Assembly: GCF_006345805.1 (NCBI RefSeq)
Contig: NC_043005.1
Location: 66,774,001-66,838,000 of the forward strand
Length of the DNA: 64,000 nucleotides
DNA from: Octopus sinensis
Taxonomy: Eukaryota
Direction: 5' to 3'
Shown here: piece by piece, positions 27,770 to 38,049 of the stretch
Layout of the letters: every line of letters begins with the position of its first letter
How positions within the stretch are numbered: position 1 is the stretch's first letter
The notes under the pieces: model-generated
The model's database searches: none
Seen by the model: the letters and a program-made list of their open reading frames with translations, nothing else
What the model was told of the DNA's origin: nothing
Made by a program: the position numbers and the translations under genes

Positions 27770-29800
27770 ATGTAAAACAGCATGAAAAATTGTAGGTGCA
27801 AAATAATTGCCACAGAAAGAAGATAACCAACAAATCATCTACAATTATTAATCAATAATTAATCCTCCTACACTTTAGCGATATTGAAAATAAATTTCAG
27901 TAGTATGGGTTGACTATAAAAAGCTTTATGTTATACCTCCTCTTTATGGAATAATCTAATGGTTAGGCATGATTGTAACAGCAAAATGTATAAGAATCTC
28001 GACAGTAAGAAATATGAGTAATAGCCAAAACCAAATCTAACCTGGTGGTATGTTATTAAAAACACCAGGAGAATATTCCCCGGTAATAGTTTAGCACCTT
28101 TTTATTTCGCGATATATGCGATAACATAATACTACAATGGAGTGTCAGTCATTTTTATTAACGATGAACACTGGAATCAGTCACTTCTTATTTGTGTGCA
28201 GAGAAATTACAAATATCGAATGTATGTCTTACTGCGAATTTTATATAGAGATCAGATGAGGCAATTAGACTTCTGTGGATTCTTTTAGGTAATAATTTTC
28301 ATGGAATTGAAGAATATTATGACCGTTGTAAGCCTTCCCACATTAGCGAGATTTACGTTCTTGTACTTTAGCTGGAACTTCTACCGGGTGATAACTGTAA
28401 GGGCAAAAATGTAACGGAGAATATTTCCGGAGTGTCGCAATTCCAGAGAGAAAATATTACTCAACTCTTTAGTATGAGCGTCAGGATGAGATGTAGTAAA
28501 CATGACCAGAAAAGAGAGTAGAGTAATTTTTGGTACACAAATTGCTAGTTTAAACGTACCATGACCATTGTAATAATAGCTGGAATCAGCGTATCATTAG
28601 CTCAACGCTTGTATGATTAAGTGAATGCTTTGCTATCAGTGAGAAAGCCACTTAATGTAAATTTGAATGCATGGGTTTGTTCTAGCAATGTTGTCATTCA
28701 GATAAGCTCAAGAACATAGTAAACTTGAAAGAAATATTGTTATATTAAGCAATATCATTGCAATATAAACAGGCAAGCAAATAGAACAAAATGCTGGTTG
28801 GCACGATTGACTTGCACAGGAAATATACGTAATTTATTACAGAATAAATGAAGTTGATGAAATTAATGATTAATCTAAATTTCTAAATAATACTTCAATC
28901 ATAAAACATAAGCCATATCTTGCGGAATGGAGGCGAGACATAACGGATACGGGACTCTGTGGGAAATAAAGGTTATTTTAAGACTCGGTGAGGGAAATCA
29001 AAAATGAATTCTGAAAGAATCAAGGTAAATATGATAGATACACATACAAAATCTTCCGCGTATTATGTTGAATCCTAAAATCGATTAGGATAAATTTTAA
29101 ACATTCAGTACTAAAGCAAGACAAAGATTGGAGATTTCTAAGAGAGTATTGGTACGAAAACATCACAGTAGCATGATATATAAGAAACAATATGGCGTAT
29201 CTATTGAGGATAAAAACAATTAAAACTGAGGAAATGCTTCCTCTACAAAATTTGAAGGAGAGATGTTAAACAGAAGAAAAGAAAAGAGAGTGGAGTGAAG
29301 GGAAATGAGCGATTGATTATGAATATATTGGCTTTATAAAAAGGATAAAGAATTAAGAATTGGAACAAACCTCAGGCCCAAATATTGATATCGAAGCAGC
29401 TGATACCTACTAACACGTTCTCTAAACAATTCATGTAAACTTTCTTAGAAATATGAAGACTGATTTATAATAACCTCTATGTTTATGTAAGAAAATGCGA
29501 GAAGTGGGGTGCTTAATAAGTATACCCAGTAATATATCTTCTGGATCGAATGTTGGATAATATGTTACAATGACTTCCAGGTCGTCTAGAATATAGAAAA
29601 ATGGGAGTTTATATATAAAATGGAGATTTGTGACATCTAGCCTCTTTTATACGGGAGTATAAAGACAGATGTGTATGTGAGACTTAAAGCATGAAATTAG
29701 TCCACATGATCAAATATGAAACATGATATTAAAGATATAGGCGTTATTGAGCAGATGACAATAATTTATAAATTTAAATACCGCATACAGTATTTCTGGA
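27770..29800 (+). mobile_element. Highly degraded R4/Dong-like LINE relic, interrupted by other sequence
   Basis: VWVDYKKL near 27900 resembles the RT motif WIDYKKAYD. There are REL-like remnants near 29600-29750. Confidence 0.4.
28100..28700 (-). pseudogene. Possible PIF/Harbinger transposase relic
   Basis: SYYYNGHGTFKLAICVPKITLLSFLVMFTTSHPDAHTKELSNIFSL resembles the DDE_Tnp_4 YS.YK.HNTFK...SD region. Many stops; recognised by eye only. Confidence 0.3.
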
Positions 29801-30017
29801 TATACTAGCTGTAATGAAAGGATCTCAAAAGCTAGCTTATGTACATTCATACATGTATACATACATACCTATATACATTTACACATACACACACATATAT
29901 GTATACACACATACACATATACATACGTAAGTATGTATATATATATATATACATATATATATATAAATATGTATATATATTTATATATATACATATACAC
30001 ACACATATATATACATA

Positions 30018-30062
<45 letters not shown>

Positions 30063-30205
30063 ATACATGTGTGAACCTGTGGGTGCGTGTTGGAACTAAA
30101 ATTCATTTATGTATGAGTGTATTTCTCCCAACAACAAACGTTTTCAGTCATGTGTTACACTAATATAATAGGCAAAATACGAGACACGATGTTTAGAACT
30201 GAAAC

Positions 30206-30264
<59 letters not shown>

Positions 30265-30271
30265 TATATAC

Positions 30272-30324
<53 letters not shown>

Positions 30325-30692
30325 TATATATATGTGCATATATGTACGTATATATATAATTGTGTGTATATATATATATATACAATATTTATTGTATCCT
30401 ATATAATTAAGTAAACCAACAAAAATTACAACAATATATTAATATCAACTGTCATAATTATATTTATTCATACGTTAAAGTGACGGTGATACAAATGAAA
30501 AGTAATTATTCTAGCCTGAATAGCCTCATTTCATATAGATCAAGAGATCTATATGAAATGATGCAAAATGAAATACCTTTTGAATCCTAACAATCTTTTC
30601 AATAGATGTTCAACTGATATAATGAGGACATCGATCATCAGTAACAAAATGGTATTATTATTATTATTATTATTATTTTGTTTTTGTTTTGT

Positions 30693-30904
30693 TTTTCCAG
30701 TTTCAGCTCTTGAGCTGTGGCCATGCTGGGGCACCGCCATTGTGGTGAAAGAGTACAGCAGGGATCACCACCCCCTGCCGGAGCCTCGTAGAGCTTTTAG
30801 GTGTTTTCGCTCAATAAACACACACAACGCCCGGTCTGAGAATCGAAACCGCGATCCTGCGACCGCGAGTCCGCTGCCCTAACCACTAGGCCATTGCGCC
30901 TCTA
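30693..30904 (-). mobile_element. tRNA(Arg)-like-derived SINE (family C) joined to a family A head (30905-30973)
   Basis: Minus strand gaggcgcaatggcctagtggttagggcagcggactcgcggtcgcaggatcgcggtttcgattctc has A box, TCG anticodon-like loop and B box. The tail is cccagcatggccacagctc. Confidence 0.85.
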
Positions 30905-31019
30905 CGTAAAGACAGACGAAATATCGCAAAGCATTTCGCCCAGCGTGCTAACGTTTCTGCCAGCTTGCCGCCTTATTTATTATTATTATTATAATTATAA
31001 TTATTATTATTATTATCAA

Positions 31020-31090
<71 letters not shown>

Positions 31091-31327
31091 TATTATTATC
31101 ATCATCATTATTATTATTGTTTGACACTGAACTACAATGGCGGCTATTGTCACGTTATCTATGTGGAGGATTTTGTAAATTCTCATTTTCTAGAGTATTG
31201 AAAGTACTCCTCGTGACATAGCTATAAAACTTACTACTGGCATATATGCACATTTGTTACTTCCGTGCACTTCTGTTATGTAATTTGAATAATTATTTCC
31301 AAGGTATCTGTACGCATACATTTATTC

Positions 31328-31388
<61 letters not shown>

Positions 31389-31536
31389 ATGTATATATAT
31401 GTATGTATGTATATATGCATAGATATATGTATATACATATAAATAGATATAGATAAGATACATATATATATATATGTGTATATATATATATGTACACACA
31501 CATATGCATATACATACATGCATATATATATATATT

Positions 31537-31599
<63 letters not shown>

Positions 31600-31912
31600 C
31601 TTACGTATCTAGATATCTAATTTGAAAAAATAAATTTCTGTCAATTTCTGCATCAAAAACATATTCTATTTGGATAAATTCTTTAACTGATATCGGAGAA
31701 GATTATTAGTTTTTTATAAAGTGAATCCCTAGTCAAGAGGTTCTCTCTTTACTAGATATCCACGCTAAATAAGTCTTGCCGATTAGCTGTGATCACACTC
31801 TCTCTGTAAATTATTGTCATTTTATGATCTGACAAATTTGCTGATTTGTGTACCATCCAGCTTTTCCGGCAGCTATTTAGCTATTTCGTTATTGTTATTG
31901 TTGTTGTTGTTG

Positions 31913-31959
<47 letters not shown>

Positions 31960-32299
31960 ATATGAGATTGTAAGGAAATGAATATGCTAAAGCAAAACTT
32001 CAGATATGGTACATTCATTATCTGTGTGTTTGCAAATGTTGACCTTGAATTATGATTAGCAAACATATAAATTTATGCCAACATTTAATATTTAGAATCA
32101 CCACATTTCAATGAAAACGTTTTACATAGCGTAAAACTTTGTAAATCCTTTTTACGCTTTCTTACATGCCTCTGATAATATCAAATTAAATCTTAACTCA
32201 CGGAACAACACACAAATATATGCATACCAGCATGCATGAATGCATTCAAAGTCAATGCATTCATACATTCAATATATATATATGCCCATATATGTGTGT

Positions 32300-32550
32300 G
32301 TGGAGGCGTGGCTTAGTGGTTAGGGCGTTAGCATCATGATCGTAAGATTGTGGTTTCGATTCCTGGACCGGGCGACGCGTTGTGTTCTTGAGCAAAACCT
32401 TTCATTTCACGTTGCTCCAGCCCGCTCAGCTGGCAGAAGTGAGTAACGCTGCGATGGAGTGGCGTCCCTTCCAGCTGGGGAACACATACGCTATTGAAAC
32501 CGGTAAACCGGGACCATGCGCCTGGCTAGGCTTTAAAAGGGCGCATATAA
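32300..32550 (+). mobile_element. tRNA-derived SINE (family B, variant with V-domain-like body)
   Basis: gtggcttagtggttagggcg...gtttcgattcc...gttgtgttcttgagcaaaac...ctgcgatggagtggcgtcccttccag. Confidence 0.85.
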
Positions 32551-32899
32551 TATGCATGCCTCGATTGTTTGTGAGAGTTGACAACGCTTATATTCTATTT
32601 TCCTTCGAGGCAAATCGCACAACCTACTTGCACGCATATATGTCGTATCTTCGGTAAAGGAAAGTATACGCGTATAATCACATATTCACCCAGACGCATA
32701 CACACTTGCATATACATACATATACATGTACACATATCCACACACATACATATACATAAATATAAATGTATATATATGCATGTATATATATCCTTATAGA
32801 TATATAACTATGTGTGTGTCTCTCTTTATTATCATATACATATACGCTCTCCTGTCTCTCTCTCGCCCTATCAATCTCTATAAATAGTGAAGCGTATTT

Positions 32900-33450
32900 G
32901 TATATATTATTTATCAGTACCTATGTATATATATATATATATCCGTATATGCAAATATATATTAATATATAAATATATCCATGTATACATATATACATAT
33001 ACATGCATATATATATATATATATATATATACACACTTATATATACATACATATATGTATATATATATATTATATATATATATATATATATGTATATTAT
33101 ATATATATATATTATATATATATATAATATATATATGCATATATGTATGTATTATATGCATGTATGTCTGTGTCTCTGTGTCTGTGTGTACATATATATG
33201 TATGCATGTATATGTTTTTGTATGCATTTTCAAATCTGCGCGTATGAAATATATCAACATACACAGGATATATGTAAATAATGTTTGAACTTCCGTACAT
33301 ATGTACATATACGATTGTCTAACTGTGTATATTAATACATATTCTCGTAGCCCTCTATCTATTCATCTATCCATATATCGGTCTATCTATTTGTCTTTAT
33401 ACACGTCCATATATATGTGTGTGTATATATATATATATGTATATACATAT

Positions 33451-33488
<38 letters not shown>

Positions 33489-33670
33489 TTATATATACAT
33501 ACATATATGTATATATATGTATAATATATATATATATATATATATAATATATATATAGTTATATATATATATACATATATATATAGATTTAGATATATAC
33601 ATATATACACGCATATGTACATATATATATATATATATGTATATGTATATGTATATGTATATATATGTAT

Positions 33671-33720
<50 letters not shown>

Positions 33721-33950
33721 TATACATATATATTCATGCATACTTATAAATATGTGTGTATATATTTTCGTATTCATTTATTTTTGCATATTTACTTATG
33801 TATATATATACATAGTATATATATATATATATATATATTTACATACATATATATATATATTATATATATATATATACAAACATATATATATATACATATT
33901 TATACATACATATATACATCGATATGCATACCTGCATTCATATGTATACA
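32900..33950. repeat. ~1-kb degenerate (TA)n field directly downstream of the toxin-like stop codon
   Basis: Read directly. Confidence 0.95.
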
Positions 33951-34051
33951 GTTTATAAATATACATTTGTGCATATATCTAATATATATTGTTGTCTTAA
34001 TTGTGTGTATGCGTGTAGAAAAGAATGTGAAATAGAAAAAATTTGAAAATG

Positions 34052-35401
34052 TCACACACTGGTTACTTTGGCTAAGCTGGTTGGACTTTCGATACTCCTT
34101 CTGGCCGCAGTTCCCGTCTCAACAGAGCGCGTTTGTCGTAATGGACCAATTGGTAGTTCGGAAGTCTTTAAAGCCACAGGTACACTCTGACGCCTGGACA
34201 GCGAGTGTGGAGGCATAGATTTCTCCATCGGGGACAGTTGCTTTTCTCCTCCCTTCAACATCCCTGGTGGCTGTTCTTCAGCCATTTCGGTAATTATTGT
34301 AGGAATATTTGGAAAACGCATATCTTTGGTTTCGGATATCTCAGATTTTTCCGATTTTTCTGACTTCTCTTCTTCTTGCGGTGTATGTGGAACGAGATTC
34401 GCATCCATAGACCTCGTCGCGTGTCTGACTACTTGCGAGCAAACCTCCTTTGTTTCGATGGGAATTACAGATTCCTTCGACTCAAGTGAGGTAGACTGCG
34501 TCTGCTTCATATGCTCCCTCGCACTATCCAACTTCGCGTCGTGGTCTATGGGGTGGGACTCGAGCAGTATTCTTTGATTTCGCCAACGGATACTTTGCAA
34601 TATGCCAATAGTTGTAATTTCTATATGGTACGTTATTTTACGGTCACCCGCCGTAACTTCAATAATGGATACGTTACAATCAGCGAATACATCACTGAGA
34701 TCTGTAATCATAACTATTCCTTGAATTTCCATATCTTTCTTTCGTCTTATGGTTACTGGAGCTTCCCCCGACGGCATTCGAAGTGTTGAGCGTACTTCAA
34801 AGTCTGCAACCATTTCATCTTCTGTTAACATAATTTTTGCTTCTGTTAGATAGTTTGGTTCGACCACAACGTCACTATCTGTCTCCCAGATATAAGTCTC
34901 TTCAATTGTTTCGCCAGGAGGTCTGGTTACGGTCAACTGACCGCTTAAACCAGCACTAACACCGCAATCAGAATATTTTTCTGGAAGCTGAAGTTTCAGA
35001 TAGAGATTGGTGCAACAACCAACCATATAACCACGCTGACAAGTAATTGTAGTCGTTGCTTTGGTATGTCTTTGTGTCTTCAACTTATAAGATTGCTCTT
35101 TCTGTGTGTTGTTTCTAAAGTTGGTCGAAAAAAGAACCACCTGTTTCTGCTCTCGAAGGCCACTGGCCAGCTTCGAACGGGGAGTGAACTTGACCGTACG
35201 ATGATAAATTTCGAAGAAACTCCATGGTATGTCAATGATGAAATCGCTCCGGCGGACAAAGATACCTTGGATGCAACACACATCCCGGGTGAACTCTTTC
35301 CAGACGTAGTCCTGAATAAGTTTCTGGATGTCAATGACAGGGCCATAGTCGACCGCCGGGTCAGATCGTTTCCTTCTTGGACATAGCATGCCTATTTTCA
35401 T
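34052..35401 (-). CDS. Aerolysin-like beta-pore-forming protein (ETX/MTX2 fold, LIN-24-like), 449 aa, single coding exon, with ~164-aa low-complexity C-terminal tail
   Basis: The only long non-repetitive ORF. In-frame TAA at 35462-35464 makes ATG 35401 (MKIGMLCPRRKRS) the first Met; the track's GTG start at 35452 is not needed. Motifs typical of the family: VVLFSTNFRNNTQKEQSYKLKTQRHTKATTTIT, an alternating amphipathic hairpin (NLYLKLQLP...GVSAGLSGQLTVT), then ETIEETYIWETDSDVVVEP and AKIMLTEDEMVADFEV. Family assigned by motif recognition, not by HMM search. Confidence 0.8.
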   Translation of the reverse strand: MKIGMLCPRRKRSDPAVDYGPVIDIQKLIQDYVWKEFTRDVCCIQGIFVRRSDFIIDIPWSFFEIYHRTVKFTPRSKLASGLREQKQVVLFSTNFRNNTQKEQSYKLKTQRHTKATTTITCQRGYMVGCCTNLYLKLQLPEKYSDCGVSAGLSGQLTVTRPPGETIEETYIWETDSDVVVEPNYLTEAKIMLTEDEMVADFEVRSTLRMPSGEAPVTIRRKKDMEIQGIVMITDLSDVFADCNVSIIEVTAGDRKITYHIEITTIGILQSIRWRNQRILLESHPIDHDAKLDSAREHMKQTQSTSLESKESVIPIETKEVCSQVVRHATRSMDANLVPHTPQEEEKSEKSEKSEISETKDMRFPNIPTIITEMAEEQPPGMLKGGEKQLSPMEKSMPPHSLSRRQSVPVALKTSELPIGPLRQTRSVETGTAARRSIESPTSLAKVTSV

Positions 35402-35526
35402 TGACTCAACTAAGGAAGAGACTGTGAAATGATACTTAATCGGAAGCAACACAATGGCGGTTTACGAGTGAGGTCATGCGACTTTCAGATACTTATAACG
35501 ATTTACCACTGAGCCATAAGCAGCAC

Positions 35527-35580
35527 CTGAAATATACAAGAAAAAAGAAAACAAAGATAAGTCAACGTAGGAAAATTAGT
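35527..35580 (-). promoter_or_regulatory. 3' splice acceptor (branch point, polypyrimidine tract, AG) upstream of the toxin-like CDS
   Basis: Minus strand reads actaat...ttgacttatctttgttttcttttttcttgtatatttcag|GTGCTG. The exon would start at 35526 with 125 nt of leader before ATG 35401. Confidence 0.7.
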
Positions 35581-36057
35581 GATTGAAATATAAATATTCA
35601 ATTTAAATAGCAATCAATAACAGAATAATCAAGTGGTAGAAAATGACCATAAACTAATACATCAAGCATAAATACGATTTACCGTTTTATTGATATCAAA
35701 TTCATTGAACACGTATTATATATGTGTGTGTGTGTGTGAATGTAAATACACACAGAAATACGCACGCACACACACATACACAGACACTCATACACACACG
35801 CGCACGCACACACATATACAAAATAGTATACCTGTACATAGATATCTTTATTTGTATGCGTGAGTCTCGGTGTGCGCGTCTGTAGTGAAACACACTGTTT
35901 CTTTCTCTCTTTTCCTGTCTGTTTTTCTATCTGTCTGTCTTTCTCTCTCTCTCTCTACCACTTCACGACTATATTTTGAGTACCTTTTGATACAGCTAAA
36001 TTGTTGTCAATCAATGACGGGGGCAATAATGATGGAAAGCGTTTTTAGTATTCATGG

Positions 36058-36094
<37 letters not shown>

Positions 36095-36099
<5 letters not shown>

Positions 36100-36720
36100 A
36101 GTTACAGTGGAATACATCCACTTGTTTTCAATAATAGAAATATTAAAATTACTAAGTCTCTCTAAAGGAGATTACAGCAGCGTTACTGGATATTAATAGT
36201 TATCGCCATACTAATATGGCAGTCTATAGATATAAGACTTAAGCTGTCGCTGATTAGCTCCAGCAGGCCATCGCCTCTAGCTAGCTATATGACACACGAA
36301 CCTGCGTCCATTAAAACCTTCGAACAGGGGAGGTCAGACGCTTCACCTTGCTAGTCAGACATCTGCAGACATGTTTCAGGGTTGTTGCCCTTTATCAATG
36401 CAGCGTAGTCAGAACCAGCAGGTGTCGCTACTGACCGTCTGTTCGAAGATTTTATTTACCTAGTTACAGTGGGATACATCCACTTGTTTTCAATAATAGA
36501 AATATTAAAATTACTAAGTCTCTCTAAAGGAGATTACGGCAGCGTTACTGGGTATTAATAGTTATCGCCATACTAATATGACAGTCTATAGATGTAAGAC
36601 TAAAGCTTTCACTGATTAGCTTTAGTCTTATATCTATAGACTGCCATATTAGTATGGCGATAACTATTAATATCCAGTAACGCTGCCGTAATCTCATTTA
36701 GAGAGACTTTAGTAATTTTA
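36095..36720 (-). mobile_element. Hammerhead-bearing non-autonomous retroelement (retrozyme-like / Penelope pLTR-like): 362-bp unit, partial tandem copy and inverted arm
   Basis: tacctagttacagtgg starts at 36095 and 36457 (period 362). The direct repeat is ~165 bp with 8 mismatches. 36506-36607 is inverted at 36618-36720. Both flanks are (TA)n. Confidence 0.75.
36363..36403 (-). ncRNA. Minimal type I hammerhead ribozyme with U3-A8 core variant
   Basis: Minus strand: CTGCA-TTGATAA-AGGG-caacaa-CCCT-GAAAC-AT-GTC|TGCAG. Helix I is CTGCA/TGCAG, helix II is AGGG/CCCT, helix III is the palindrome ACATGT, and the cleavage triplet GUC places the predicted cut between 36368 and 36367. Confidence 0.85.
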
Positions 36721-36830
36721 TATATATATACATATATATATATTTACCCCCCACACACACACACACTCACTCACACACACACCACACACACACACACACA
36801 TATAAAAGTGTGTGAGTGTTTGAATATGTA

Positions 36831-36901
<71 letters not shown>

Positions 36902-37261
36902 AATAAAGGTACAAACTGGCAAAAAAAATGTATCAGGTCCGATTATGACATTTATACATTTATACATTGATAAAACTTCAGGGAAGACATGGACGTTGCA
37001 GGAGTTTAGATCACAAATGATCAATAGATGTCAAGTGATGAATAGCGATTGTGATATATGCTGGTATTTTCCCGGTAGAGTTATAAGTTAGGTTCGTTTT
37101 AGTTATTAGATTAAGGCAGGTCATCGTTCCCGATTGAAATATTGTTTACAGCCAATCATTATTATACAGTTATAACATCCCTGGATTTAAGTCGGAGAGT
37201 AGGCAAGAAATCAGACTGAACACTAGCGTGATTTACTTATTGGATTACGTCATCATAAAAC

Positions 37262-37303
<42 letters not shown>

Positions 37304-37544
37304 ATATATATAATATATATATATAATATATATACATATATACATATACTCACATGTTTCAAATATATTTCAATATGTAGGAACGTCAGGTTGAATTTTA
37401 AAAATAAATCTCTAACGTCTGAACGCATGACCTAAACAATGCGAAGCTGCAAATATTTCGAGATTGGTAAAACCAACATTTTCCTATACAGCATAGGAAT
37501 TTCCTCCCAAGGTTGAATATTGTGATAAGTTAAACACTACTGCT

Positions 37545-37675
<131 letters not shown>

Positions 37676-37689
37676 TAGACACGTCCAAT

Positions 37690-37995
37690 CGCTGTTTGTT
37701 AATCGTAAGGGCATTGCTTTCATCGCGGCAATGCCAGACCGCACACCCTCTTAGCAGATGTAACAGAAAATATTTGGGCCTGGCCGGGAACTTTTGCGGT
37801 ACTTTCCATCTTTCTCCGACCTTGCGCTTCAGATTTTCACCTTTTTCAATCTCTCTGCATTCATTGAATGGACAGAGCTTCAACATATTAGAGGATGTAA
37901 AAATACACCTGGAGGGGCTATTCGCCAGCAAAGGTAAGAAATTCTTTGAGCAGAGATCTACCCACAAGATGGTAGAATATACTGGAATGAATGGC
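37690..37995 (+). mobile_element. Mariner (DD34D-type) transposase C-terminal fragment
   Basis: Across frameshifts reads NRKGIAF..NARPHT...SDL...DFHLFQSL..SLNGQSFNILEDVKIHLEGLFASKGKKFFEQ. Confidence 0.75.
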
Positions 37996-38049
37996 TAGTT
38001 TTATCCCTGATCCAATAAATCACTTTGTGTTAAAAAAAATCTTGTGTCA

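Noticed and set aside
30840-30904. tRNA-like sequences here and at 32300 and 61452
   Set aside because: They have A/B boxes but no complete cloverleaf, and they continue into SINE bodies; SINE heads, not tRNA genes.
36095-36620. Direct repeats as a possible CRISPR or segmental duplication
   Set aside because: One 362-bp period with no spacer array, in eukaryotic context; better explained as a tandem retroelement unit.
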